A stretch of 64,000 bases of DNA from Candidatus Forterrea multitransposorum CG_2015-17_Forterrea_25_41 (GTDB lineage: Archaea; Iainarchaeota; Iainarchaeia; Iainarchaeales; CSSED10-239): positions 224,001 through 288,000 of the forward strand of contig CP045477.1 in assembly GCA_009392915.1 (NCBI GenBank), in the 5' to 3' direction. Below are positions 40,801 through 51,100 of this stretch, piece by piece. The translations under genes were made by a program, and so were the position numbers. The notes under the pieces are model-generated. The model saw only the letters and a program-made list of their open reading frames with translations. It was not told the origin of the DNA and searched no databases. The stretch's first letter is position 1. Every line of letters begins with the position of its first letter.

Positions 40801-42248
40801 AAGGAATTTATGGTGAAGACTTACCTTTAACTATTGATTATTTAGCAACAAATTCACATAGTAATATGTTTGCTTCAAGTGTTGATTTATCAAGTTATCA
40901 AGCAGAAGAAATCAATGAGTGTCAAGTTCCAGCAACAACTGCAAGATTTGATGGAACAAGTTATTTAGATATGTGGCTTAATAAAGAAATGTATCCTGAT
41001 AATGTTGTAGGTTCTGGTTGGTCTCAAACTGATATTACAAAACTTAAAGAACTTTTAGAGTTTGATGCATACTTAATAACAGATAATTATAATAGTAATT
41101 TTAAAAATGACTTTGATATGGCCTTCGGTGGTCTTGCTTCAAAAGAAGATGGAGCTGGAGCTGGAAATTATGCTATAATGTCTTCTCCAACTGTGTTTTC
41201 AAATGGTTATCTTTCTAAATTATTTAAAAACAATTTAATATTTACAAAAGAATATTCAAGTGAAGAAAATGTAAATATTAATGTTCCAGGAAAATATAAA
41301 ATTAAAATTGATTTATTATTTGAAAATGGTTCTTGGAATTTTTATGAAGGTGATGATCTAGATGTAAATGCATTTGTAACTTTTAGATTTATTTCTTCTC
41401 CAGAAACAGATAGTGTTTTCTATAGAATGCCATTTAATGGATTTGTTGGAAAAACAACTTCTGGATATGATAGACAAGGTTATGGTGTTTCTTACTTAGG
41501 AGATTCTATAAGAGTTGATAATGAAAATGTAATTACAGAAGAAGATTATGGTTCAAATTCATTAAGAACAATAACTGTTACAAAATCAAATGATCTTTCA
41601 AGAATTAATTCAAATATTGAAACAAGAGGTAATCTATTAAGTATTAAATATAATCAAACAGACAATGTAGATTTAATATTTACTCCAAGCACACCAATTC
41701 CTTTACTTATGAGTATTGATAAGAGTAATAATAGCCCTCTTAATGTGATTTATAGACTTAAAGATAAGAGTGGTAATGCTATTAGTTCAACTTCTTTATT
41801 AAGATGGACAGGTGTTGGTTCTGGTTGTGACTTTTCTGGTAATTCTATATATAATATGACTTATTATGATAGATATGCTGGAGATGAAGGTGCAGTTTCT
41901 GCATATGTAGTTGATTGGCCACAAGTCTTAAGAACAGGAAAAATATATTTAAGAACTGTTTTCTATAGTCCTGAAAGAGAGTCTTATTCTTTAGAGAATA
42001 GATCTGATCAAGGTGTTATGGTTAAGTTTTCAAAGAATGGAACTAATTATTCTTCTTCAGTTTCTTTAGGTGAAGATGATTTAACAGGCATTAAATCTAT
42101 TTCAGATGTATTTAATTTAATTAAAGATAATAAAGTATGTGTTGTAAATTCATATGATGGAAAAACTTCTGATTTCTTTTATAATCCTTCAGAAATTTTT
42201 ACAGAGAAGTTTACAAAACAACCTTCTGATTCTTTAGAATGTAGTTAA
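34848..42248 (+). CDS. Giant (2466 aa) signal-anchored surface protein, paralog; it has an internal hydrophobic hairpin and C-terminal module B
   Basis: The N-terminus WQNFLTKIDNRIPIKKITGPLDKKNPLTSFFIFLLIILVVLYLIF is followed by beta-sandwich repeats and the shared CGEDFCFSGQYVDVSQDLRYD module. An internal segment reads GGAIGIGIGTAAIVSLVLIMAKVAVLGSLLGPVGWIVAGLSIVVASIAP. The C-terminus (FYRMPFNGFVG..RQGYGVSYLGD, WTGVGSGCDFSG, IYLRTVFYSP) is homologous to 31938..34832. Confidence 0.8.
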   Translation: MSFKDAWQNFLTKIDNRIPIKKITGPLDKKNPLTSFFIFLLIILVVLYLIFGSSITLNNQKLTEVTIRLADSDNNILDNFDFKIRNISDGITNSYVTNSSGSLTLELDLNKKYLLIIDSPNYELLEEEINLSLDSLNFIVTVLDTPINYLKTVYFEDALTNSLIEDSLNVTIRCDNGEIITPNTIDTQSGSVEINVPLECENIYASVRGDRYIEENLEMPITESTFKLESITEILESGRVSISVFSGEDIIQDSITIKIFSVDDSITPINTTQTTNGIGFFNSIPVGEYIVKASDVSNRYLQKQEQVTIIKNSLSEITFDLIDTDTDSPIIIDPDTNQEIVIREVTVFVKDKDSGEIIDSSFDPSVTLLLDGNENIEQRNLNEGFIFNISEDKSYSLKATAEGYIPGEIIPIISGKNTYIFNLEKITISNVSNLNITVQDEDLKPIVGLKSWIYDKDGQYIDPRFDFSTSDENGNIVFENIPDLNFTIKVKNSFIEETSSMYHNSPPEDTNITLPVEIGTGTVNLTVKNKLNDIVSNAQVTFYSESLEVLGSSFASSNGTLENDLKADKRIFIKIEADGYLPYFTELFRIYKNKTVTKEIILERENLSDDVSVEFLGLYNSLDTEVESLKNNEVFYFKFKAIMPVSSQHFNFVFRAGSFTSVTEDIVFIMPQNTSLGIPVYYENEPFNESGNYLESKLVDIEFLGYPASVHEITIPIRIKNAAINERVSFFYDSSINNIDFMSNNFNQLQYFIEATSLCGEDFCFSGQYVDVSQDLRYDISSNNLISTNIHSDYILEYQITNSSSNSFEDVRLSTRNLNNDDNPVAMININSYSISGEATSVGQTIEGENNFNIPFTGDEINLEKINPFSSINYTLNVTPLNLGQSKLTNRIISLQEEIYSLPINFSVSELETMEIDYEPKNIVPGLPFDLLVTVKDTQGEYLEGVNINILQKVRNEYITVSTGKTTDPQGNVIITLPSLRPGETFEIQAIKSKYFSQNVSFTIGTDILDVYSQEQILSSESPLEVFIHKTNINGETYSLTLKNKTNYALKINQFNTEDFSFNKSYLLNLEQTVNYLNNQITSQAEGFVIPANESKEIVIKFAPSDSARTHPVSEDILGAITGNYSLNNYDYRFTIPVKAKFSVGSGVLFDDCLVVTQSPGEWNTVVSTSTQTTSFTIKNTCLSKEGEVPIPIKNVQAKISSQADRYGVYFLNLIGPSSSNQIQLSENYYRVVIDQMAPEEEYRVDLTFNTNGTRFADVKTNIHLNAQVETEDGLSFVNKEPKDIFLKTNISIMNLNDCFSYIDQNGKVINSGGLYTLEGIEENELTIRNNCQGKATFKMNLCDAYDLGCNDLIITNTDEENNILRFSLNDSEKTVYIKKDSTKAPGAYILNNRVSVINNFERELASSFALLKINAKDPNGLWMEDPFIEINEDKVSEIKRLYNNNLEKTPWDYASYYQGEEGFGKFITNIYYTGNTWKKSFNQHWSRCIAGDDTCLFNGDNSLLSMRFLPENQLSNVGAEGLSAGGAIGIGIGTAAIVSLVLIMAKVAVLGSLLGPVGWIVAGLSIVVASIAPSFFSDYDVDVQPRFLDVSENNTIDNLVALKEISVDDLSDQKELINVFDITGARYFKYFNNVIFAHGKLASKKEIKSVLPKCNGINNLVPVDQFLKVYNKPPFCDEITIEETEDSYIYKTSCNGQKLNRLELNLFYSAYSICKSDETYWPEQAGIKPLQFNLTDEIYNLLDNDSKKYYFKKYEFNPTLDDSNSTQDLAFVDSDSVGNYRFGFFLTKPEETPNYDLSLQECVTDTGRTGKTGEGAVPNISLNWNWAETDCAQTYCDATQLTQDVLDRINDAEKLISSNVVQCPISNQELYDQALNGSYKVTAEPSDVINEIPVGKVGINSVKLDSQNNKLAIKVVLENRSDTPSSGTIVISLDDKQLESIKYRDVASGEYIEENIDYPGSYSKSITVPSGIDNTNEIIFVYKEGIYGEDLPLTIDYLATNSHSNMFASSVDLSSYQAEEINECQVPATTARFDGTSYLDMWLNKEMYPDNVVGSGWSQTDITKLKELLEFDAYLITDNYNSNFKNDFDMAFGGLASKEDGAGAGNYAIMSSPTVFSNGYLSKLFKNNLIFTKEYSSEENVNINVPGKYKIKIDLLFENGSWNFYEGDDLDVNAFVTFRFISSPETDSVFYRMPFNGFVGKTTSGYDRQGYGVSYLGDSIRVDNENVITEEDYGSNSLRTITVTKSNDLSRINSNIETRGNLLSIKYNQTDNVDLIFTPSTPIPLLMSIDKSNNSPLNVIYRLKDKSGNAISSTSLLRWTGVGSGCDFSGNSIYNMTYYDRYAGDEGAVSAYVVDWPQVLRTGKIYLRTVFYSPERESYSLENRSDQGVMVKFSKNGTNYSSSVSLGEDDLTGIKSISDVFNLIKDNKVCVVNSYDGKTSDFFYNPSEIFTEKFTKQPSDSLECS

Positions 42249-42321
42249 AAGTAATATATATAAATATATTGCTTAACTATATTTTATAGGTTTAATATAT
42301 ATATATTAGGTTAGTATAATT

Positions 42322-42684
42322 ATGAGAAGATACATTTATTTATTTTTAATCGTTTTCTTAGTTTTTCCATTTATTTCTGCACTTAGTTATGATAATGAAA
42401 TCTATGTAAACCCTTTTGTTTTTGGTGTAATTAGAGGGGATGATGGGGAAGTTATTTCAAATATTTCTGATGATGAAATAATAGATCCTGAAATGCAAGT
42501 TTCAAGTGCAAATGGGTTTACTAAAAAATCAGATCTTGATTTAACCATAAGAGAGAATCTTTTGATTTTTAAACTTCCTTCTTATCAAAAAACAAATAAT
42601 AATTCTTTAAATAAATATACTTTTATTTATAATACCTTTGATTATCCTTCAAAGAATGTAAATATTTTATTTAAATTAAATTGA
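42322..42684 (+). CDS. Small secreted protein (signal peptide)
   Basis: MRRYIYLFLIVFLVFPFISALS is a signal peptide. The stop overlaps the next gene's start (ATGA). Confidence 0.4.
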   Translation: MRRYIYLFLIVFLVFPFISALSYDNEIYVNPFVFGVIRGDDGEVISNISDDEIIDPEMQVSSANGFTKKSDLDLTIRENLLIFKLPSYQKTNNNSLNKYTFIYNTFDYPSKNVNILFKLN

Positions 42685-45110
42685 GAAAATATATGAGATA
42701 TTTAAAAAAAATTATTTTAACAGTAATATTAATTACTTTTATTTTACTAGTTCAATCATATGTGTTTTCAGCAAGTTGTAATTTAACTCCAAATCAAACT
42801 TCTCTTAGAACTCTTTCTTTAGGTTGTAGTGGTGATGCTTGTGATTTTGTTTTAATTAAAAGTGAAGATGTATCTTCTCAATATAATTCTTGTATTGATT
42901 CTTGTGATCCTGATAATTATCCTGAAAATTACAAAACTTGTATGACTGATTGTTATGATTCTTCAATTAATTCTACAACTGATATTTCATTAAACAGTTC
43001 TTTAAGTTTTTCAAAATCTTCTGAATGCTCTGATAAAGAAATAAATGTTTCTTTAGCAGCAGATATTAATTTTGAAATGTTAAATGAAACAACTTCTCTT
43101 TCAATTTCAGGTATTGATTCTTTAAATACTAATGGAAAAGATATTATAATTTTTGTAAACAATAATGATAAACTTGGAGATGCAACTTTTAGGTTTGATT
43201 TTAGTGATTTAATAATTTCTGATACTTCTAAAATAATTATGACAACAAAAGAAAGAACTTCAATTACAGATTCTATTAATGGTGGGTGGGATGATTGGAA
43301 AAGAGATGGTATTAAACTTTATTTTAATAATTTAGAAATATTAGAAAATGCATCACTTGATTTAAATATGTATATTCCTAAAAATATTTTTAATGTAATT
43401 GATGAAATAGATATGCCTAGAACTTCACTTGCAGGTGGTGAATTAACTTTTGATGGAAACTTAATAGTTAATAATGGTAATTTAAATATTTATCTAAAAG
43501 CACAAGATAGTCAAGATGGTAGAAATTATATAGATTCTGGAAATTGTTTTGATGATCCAGCTTCACAAGGTGGAACTGTTAAAGAGGCAGGGCACATATT
43601 TTTTAACTTAAATTATTTAGAGAATAATGGTTTACTTTTTTCTAAAATGTTATCTGGAAATGGTGGTATTGGAGGTAATGGATCAAAAGCTCAGGATGGA
43701 TGTCGTGGAGATCCTCCAGGTCATGGTGGTAGAGGGGGAAATGCAGGAGATATTTTTTTATATATTAATAATATAGATAATACTAGTAATATTGATTTTA
43801 ATTTAATTGCAGGAAATGCTGGTCCTGGTGGAGATACAGGTTTTGATGGTGGAAATTCTCGTGAAAATTTTGCTATTGGAGGTTCTGGTGGTAATGGAGG
43901 AAATATTTATTTTTGTAAACCAATTTGGAATTCTGGCTTTAGTTGTTTGATAAATAATTATAATTCATTAATAAATAAAGGTAATTTTAATTTAGTTGCA
44001 AATACTGGTTTTGGAAATAATGGTGGAAATAAGAATAATCATCCTGATGAAGGTAGAGCAGGAGATGGAGGAGATGGTGGTTCTTATTTATCAAGTTTAA
44101 CGTTTGATTTTATAAGAAACTCTGGAAATTTAAATATTGCTCTTGAAACAGGTTATGGTGGTTTTAAAGGAACTACTGATGGTGGTGAAGATGGTGTTGG
44201 TGGAAGAACTCCTAATTTTTTTATTAATTTCTTAGAAAATTCTTCTGAAAATTTAAATATATTTTTAAACAGTAAACATGAAATTGGTAATCTTGAATCA
44301 GATGTTATTATTGATAAATTACAAAATGGTAGTTATCTACCAAGTATGATATATACTGTTTTTACTGATTGGACTTTTACACCTAGTGAAGAGTGTGCAA
44401 TTAGTTGTCAATCTAAATTTGATTCTTGTTATCATTTGCCTTCAGCTTGTAATAGATTTTTAGATATGTGTTTATATACTTGTGATAAAACTACAGAAGA
44501 TCTTGAAACTGTTACACAAAATAGAAAAATAAAAATTAATGATGCATGTTATGTTAAACAACCATCAAGTGCTTTAGATTATATGACTGGATTTATATAT
44601 GTTAATTCTGCAAATAAAGATGTTTTTGAAAATCTTCTTCCAGAAAATGTTTCTTCTAATCTTACTAATAACTCAGAATGTGTAATCTGTGATTATTATG
44701 ATTTTGAAAATTTAAATGAAATATTTCCAACAGGTTCTGGAAATAAATTCTTTAAAAACTATACTTTATATTCTACAGTTCAAGGAAAAATTAATGCAGG
44801 AGATTTAGAAATACATTATGCTAAAAATGATCTATCTTTTACAAAAATAAATAAGCTTTATAATCCTTTTACAAAAGAAAATAATCTCCCACTTTATTCT
44901 AATAAACAAGATATAACAAGTAGTCAAGAACCTAATTCTCTAGGTTTGTATGAATATAATATAGATGCAAGTAATCTTGAATGGTATTATGATAAAGAAA
45001 TGGACTTATCAGAAAAAGATTTATATTGTTATAATCAAAATTATAGAATTGAAGGAAAAATAGGAACTAAGATTTTTAACTTCCCATTTACTCCATTATT
45101 TAAAAATTAA
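42681..45110 (+). CDS. Secreted Cys-rich / Gly-rich repeat protein (beta-solenoid-like GGxGG repeats)
   Basis: A signal peptide is followed by a Cys-rich N-domain (CNLTPNQTSLRTLSLGCSGDACDF...CIDSCDPDNYPENYKTCMTDC). The central region has periodic Gly-rich repeats (GNGGIGGNGSKAQDGCRGDPPGHGGRGGNAGDIFLY...IAGNAGPGGDTGFDGGNSRENFAIGGSGGNGGNIYF...GFGNNGGNKNN...GDGGDGGSYL...GGEDGVGGRTPNFF) separated by N-rich strands (NLNIAL, NLNIFL). The C-domain is Cys-rich. Confidence 0.6.
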   Translation: MRKYMRYLKKIILTVILITFILLVQSYVFSASCNLTPNQTSLRTLSLGCSGDACDFVLIKSEDVSSQYNSCIDSCDPDNYPENYKTCMTDCYDSSINSTTDISLNSSLSFSKSSECSDKEINVSLAADINFEMLNETTSLSISGIDSLNTNGKDIIIFVNNNDKLGDATFRFDFSDLIISDTSKIIMTTKERTSITDSINGGWDDWKRDGIKLYFNNLEILENASLDLNMYIPKNIFNVIDEIDMPRTSLAGGELTFDGNLIVNNGNLNIYLKAQDSQDGRNYIDSGNCFDDPASQGGTVKEAGHIFFNLNYLENNGLLFSKMLSGNGGIGGNGSKAQDGCRGDPPGHGGRGGNAGDIFLYINNIDNTSNIDFNLIAGNAGPGGDTGFDGGNSRENFAIGGSGGNGGNIYFCKPIWNSGFSCLINNYNSLINKGNFNLVANTGFGNNGGNKNNHPDEGRAGDGGDGGSYLSSLTFDFIRNSGNLNIALETGYGGFKGTTDGGEDGVGGRTPNFFINFLENSSENLNIFLNSKHEIGNLESDVIIDKLQNGSYLPSMIYTVFTDWTFTPSEECAISCQSKFDSCYHLPSACNRFLDMCLYTCDKTTEDLETVTQNRKIKINDACYVKQPSSALDYMTGFIYVNSANKDVFENLLPENVSSNLTNNSECVICDYYDFENLNEIFPTGSGNKFFKNYTLYSTVQGKINAGDLEIHYAKNDLSFTKINKLYNPFTKENNLPLYSNKQDITSSQEPNSLGLYEYNIDASNLEWYYDKEMDLSEKDLYCYNQNYRIEGKIGTKIFNFPFTPLFKN

Positions 45111-45133
45111 TTTAAAAAAAGAGAAGAAAGAAT

Positions 45134-48100
45134 ATGTCAATATTTAAAAAATCAAGAGACAAAATAGAAGCAGAAAAGCTATATGCTCTTTTATCAGACA
45201 AAACTACAAACTATACTCTAGAGGATATTAAAGAGACTATTAAAAAACAAGGTTATTCTGATAAAGTTTCTTCAATTGTTGTAAAGATGATTACAGATAA
45301 TAAACTTCCTTTAAAAGATTCAGTTAATAAAACAAAAACAAAAGAAGAAGTCTTAAAAGAATTATCAGCTTCTGTTGATAAAAACTTCTCTAAACAAAAT
45401 CCAAAAGATTCTTCAAAAGATTCAAAAAAAGAAGATAAAAATAATCAAAAAGAAAATACAAAAAAACAAGAAGATATTAAAAAAGAAGATTCTAAAAAAC
45501 AAAAAGAAGATCTTAAAAAAACAAAAGAAACAAATTTAAAAAATATTAATAAAGTTCCTTTCTTTACAAAAGTAAAAACTTTCTTTAAAAGAATATATTT
45601 CTTTTTTGAAGATAATTACTATAAGATGGTTGATGGTGTAAGTAAAGTTATACCTCTAAACAAATTAACAGACAAAATAGATAAAGTTTTCCCAAGTTTC
45701 ATATTATTCTTATTAATCTTAGCTTTATTGATATATTTAATACTTTCAGGAAGTTTATCTTTCTCTAAAACTTGGACAGTTGCTGTAGAGGTTTATGACC
45801 CATCTTCTGTACCCTTAAAAGATGTTTCTGTAACTTTAATGCTTAAAGATGAAAATTTTTCAACTTTAAAAACAGATATTTTTGGTGAAGTTATTTTTAG
45901 TGATTTTAAATCTAGAAAACAAAATATTAATTTAATAGCTTCTAAAGATAATTATGATACAGTTGAACATTCCTTTAAATTAAGTAAAAGTAATTTAAGA
46001 CAAAAGTTATATCTTCCAACAGATGTAAATTCTAAGATTGATCCTTCAGAAGAAGAAGTAAGAGAAATTTCTTTTGTTGAAAATAATACTGTTTTAATAA
46101 CAGATTCTGTATTAACTACAAATTTTTCTTGTACTAATGCAGATGTAGAACCTAATCCTACAAGAAAAGTTATTTCTTCAGGAAAGGTAACAGTTACAAC
46201 TTATTCTGGTTGTGGTGCTTTAAGAGTTTCTGTAACTTCAGATGATTTTTCTTCAATTACAAATCAAGTTATAAATTCTTCAAATAAAGTAAATCTTACA
46301 AGAATTAATCTTGATAGAGGTAATTTAGGTTTCTCTGTTAAAAACATATCTGGAAGTTCAATTCCTGGAACAGAAGTTAAAGTTTATAGTTCTTCAAACA
46401 CTACTTTTCCTCATGATACAACCACAACTGATCTTTATGGTTTAGGTGAGTTTAGTTTAGAACCTAAAAGTTATTTTTTAACTTTCTCAAAAGAAGGTTA
46501 TCTAACAAATCCTTTAAAAGGTCCTTTAACTGTTATTAAAAATGATTCTGTAAACACAGATGTAGTTTTATTTACTTTAGATGATCTTTTAGAATTTGAT
46601 TGTTCTGATGATAAATATTCACAATTTTGTATTGCTGATGAAATTGATTGTTTTAATCCAAACTTAAAACCATTTTTAATAAATAATGCTGATGGTTCTT
46701 GTACAATTGGAAGACCAGGTTATATTTCTGTAACTTTAAAAGATGTTAATTCTGGAGAACCTGTATATGCAGATATAACTTTAGATTCAAAATTAAAAGA
46801 ATCTGATCAAAACTTTTCTCTTGGTGAACATATTGCAAGGGATACTAATTTCTATACTTTTAATGTTATTGATTTCTATAATTATAGAGTAAGAGTTTTA
46901 AATACAGAAGAGAGTGGTTATCTTCAACCAGATCCAGTCACTGTAAACGGTATTGATCAAAATATAACAGTTAATTTAGAATATTCTTCTTCCCTTAACT
47001 CAGGAGATATTTCAGTAAATGTTAAGAGTGCAGATATGCCTATCTCAAATGCAAGAGTTTATTTATATAAAGAGTTTGAAGATGATTTTGTTTTAGTAAA
47101 TTCTGATCCATTATTTACAAATCAAAATGGAGATGTTAATTTTTATTCTCAAAGAGCAAATAGAGATTATTATGCTTATGCTTTACATAATGTTTTAGAT
47201 AAACAAGGAACTTCACAAACAGATGATTTAGATGTTAACTCAATACTTGATTTATCAATAGATCTTGAAGATATTCCAAAGATATTAAATCTAAAGGTAA
47301 GTCCAAGTATTTCTTATGATATTAATTTTTATAATTCTTCAGATAATCTTGTAACTGAATATGTAAGAACAGATCTTGAAGATGGAAATTCTCTTTATTA
47401 TTTTACAGGTTCTATAAATAAAGTTTATGCAGTTGTTTCTTCTTCAGGTTATACTACCTATCAAACAGATTATATTACTTTAATACCTGATCAAGAAGTT
47501 TATAAAACAGTTAATCTTTCTACACTTTCTTCTTGTGAAGACTCTAAGTTAGAAATTTTAGGTCTTTATGATGGTTCTGGAGTTTTAGAAATTGATAATA
47601 TTGATTTTGTTGAAAATGATTTAGATAAAGAATACAGATTAAAGTTTAAATATATTTCATGTACAGAAGATGAAGAATACAATCAAGCTACTTTAAGACT
47701 TGGAAGACAAGGTTTAATAGATGATGAATATTTATTCTTTGTTTCAGATCAATTTACTTCTCAAGATATAGATGTTACAAGAGGTTATAAATTTTCACAA
47801 GAACATATACCTGACTTTAATTTTGATCTTTTCAATCTTAATTATTCTCAAGATAGATCTTATGATTATTCTGGTGAAGGTTATAAATGGATTGAAATTG
47901 ATTTTGAAAAATTAAATTCTGATATCTTAGAGTTTTCAACTAACTTTAAGTTCAGAGAAGATTCAATTGTTCCTTTTGAAAACTATGTTTTAAATTATAA
48001 ATCATTTGCAAGTATTTATGATGAACTTTATTCTTTTGATCCTGTTTTAAATGAATCTTGGACAGAGATACCAATCTATCCTAATGGTTATTTTTATGCA

Positions 48101-51100
48101 GAAACAAACAAATATTTAATACCTTTTGAAAATACAGATTATATTTATTCTGTAAAATTAAAAGACTGGAATCAAAATCTTTTAGAAGAATATGCTGGTG
48201 GTTATCCTGTATCTATTAATAATTTTTATAAATATGATCTAAGTTATTTATATTTAAATCAAACAGAAAGAAACGGTAGTGTTTTACAATCTTCTCAATA
48301 TACAAATAATAATTTAGATTATTTAAGTTATGGTTATACTTCATCTTTAGGTAACTCAAGTTCAGGAGATACTCAAAATGCTACAAATAACATGACTTCA
48401 TTTTTAATACTTCCAGATTATAATACTCTTCCAGGTTCAACAGATACTACTATAAATCAAGAAATCTATTATCATATTAATGTTGATGATTATAATTATT
48501 CTTTAGATGATATTAATGCAGAGATTGGTTATTATTTAAATACTTATACTCTTTTAGAGCCAAAAGGTTTTTTTGAAAATACTAATTTTTCAGATTCAAG
48601 TATTATTTCTGATGTTTTAGATGAGTACCCTTTAGTTAATACAAGTATTTATTCTTATTTATCTGATGAAAATTTTATATTTAATATTTCAACTAACTTT
48701 TCAGGAAACAGAATAATTATTGGTGAAAATAATTTAGGTTTTAAAGTTTTAGATAATTATGGTTCTCCAGTTTCAAATGTTTTAATAAAGTATAAAGTTG
48801 ATGGTGATGAGCTTATAACTTTAGGGTCTACAAATGAACAAGGTATGCTTAGTGATCAAAATATTTTTATAAATCTTTCAGATATTGGAAAAAATATTAA
48901 TTTTGTATTTTTGTTTTCTCCAGAGTTTGGTTTCCTTGCAAACACAGTTGTAAGAAACAAAGAAATCTATTCTGGATTTTCAATAGTTCCAGAAGATATT
49001 AATTTATCTGCAAGTTATTATATTTTAAATGATCAAGTTATAATTGATCAAGTTTCTACAAATAATTATAATCTTTTAAAAGAAACAAATTATTCAAGCA
49101 CTTTAGAAGAAATTGATTTTGTTGGAGAATCAAGTTTGTTTAATCTTGATTCTATTAAAAATAAAATGATTGAAGATAATAATCTTGTAAAAGATTTATT
49201 AGAAGGAGAAAATGAAATTATTACAAGTCTTTTCTTAAACAATAATATTTCTCAATCAACAAATCTTTTAGGTTATTATAGAAATGAAATTGATATTAAT
49301 AATTCTTTAACACAATTATTAGATATTAATTCAAATGTTGAAATTATTAATCTAGGTTCAATTAACTATGATTTTAATCTTGAAAAACATTTTATGAAAG
49401 GACTATTAATTGAAAACAATAATGTTTCTCTTGAGCTTATAAAAGAAATAAACGAATTAATTACTTTAGATTTAAATCTTTTATCAGATAACTCTCAAGC
49501 AACATTTGATAGTATTTCTGTAGAGCTTCCTGAATTTTTAGATCTTGAAGAATTTAATGAAGGTTATTCTTCTTTAGTTGGAGAGTCTTTAACTTCTGAT
49601 GGTTTAATAATTCCTCTTAACTTTAAGATTAATAACTCCTATTCAGGTTCTCTTCCAACTCCAAAGGAAGATATTAATTTAACTTTTAATGTTTATCTTG
49701 ATGATAAATTAGTTTCTTTTAATAAAATAATTTCAATAAAAGTATATTCTAAAGATGACATCTTTTTAATAGAGTCTGAAGGAGACTTACAGATCTATTG
49801 TACTGTTGAAAATTGTTCTCAAAAAAAATCTTTTACTTTTAAAAAATTAGTTAATAATTATATATTAAATCTAAATAAAGAAATTGAAATCAATGAGATG
49901 GATTTAATTGAAGTTTCAAATCTTTTAAGTAATATTAATTTTATTGACCTTTCTGAAAAGAACAGAGCTTTATCTTTTAGTGCCCTATATAATTCTGTTA
50001 ACGAAGAAAATAAACAAGGTAATTTTGATTTAATTTTTAATATTAATATTTTAAATGATTCTTTTAATATAGAAATACCTATTGATTATTTAATTATAAA
50101 ATATTTAGAAGAAGAAACCATAAGTGAAATTACTTTTAATTCCTGTATTGGTGTTGGTGGTCAAGAAAGCAGTAGTGATTTATTTATTTTAGGTTATTGT
50201 CAAGATACCCAAGATACTTGTAAAACAGGAGAATCTGCTGTTCCAAAAGTATTTTTTAATTGGGCAGAATCTGACCTTTCAACAGATTATGACGGAAAAA
50301 CCTGGAATAATGTCTGTATTGGTAATAGCCAAGATACAATGTCAAGTAAATATGCTTGTGATTCCTTACAAATGTTAATTTCAATTTTTAATAAAATTGA
50401 TAATGGTGTAGAAGAATCATTCTATATTAAACTTTTAAATGATGGAATTTCTGATGCTCTTTTAAAAGATTTTATAAATTATAATACACTTTACTTAGGT
50501 TATGATAAACCTAGTGAAGAGATCTTTTCAGAAGATGCAGTTGATGATGGTTTATTTAAAATAACAATTAATAATTCTCCAGAAATTAAAATTTTCCAAC
50601 CTGGTATCTATAAAGTTTTAGTATATGGTGATGATTCAGGAAATGCATATATGGGAAGAGAAGAAGATCAAATGATAGATATACGTCTAGAAAAGGTAAG
50701 TGATCTTCCTGCATCAGAGATAAGTGTATTCCACTATATGCCATTTAATGGTAATTTAGGTTTAGATGGTACAAGAGAGGGTTACGGTATTAAAAATCAA
50801 GATAGTGATGTTGCTCAATTAACTCAAGATGTTGATATTAATTATATTGATGTTATAGATGAAATAATTCAACTATCTTTAACTAATAATAATCTAGAAA
50901 CTTCTCACTTAACACAAACATTAAAGTCTGAAGGAAAAATACTTGAATTAAATAAATATGATAGTGTTGTTGAAATGATTTATTCTCCTTCATATCCAGT
51001 ACCAATATATTCTCATGTAGCATGTATTGATAAAGATGATTTTAGTTATAATCTTTATGAAAATAATAATGCTTTAGATAATATTATAGGTGGATCATTT

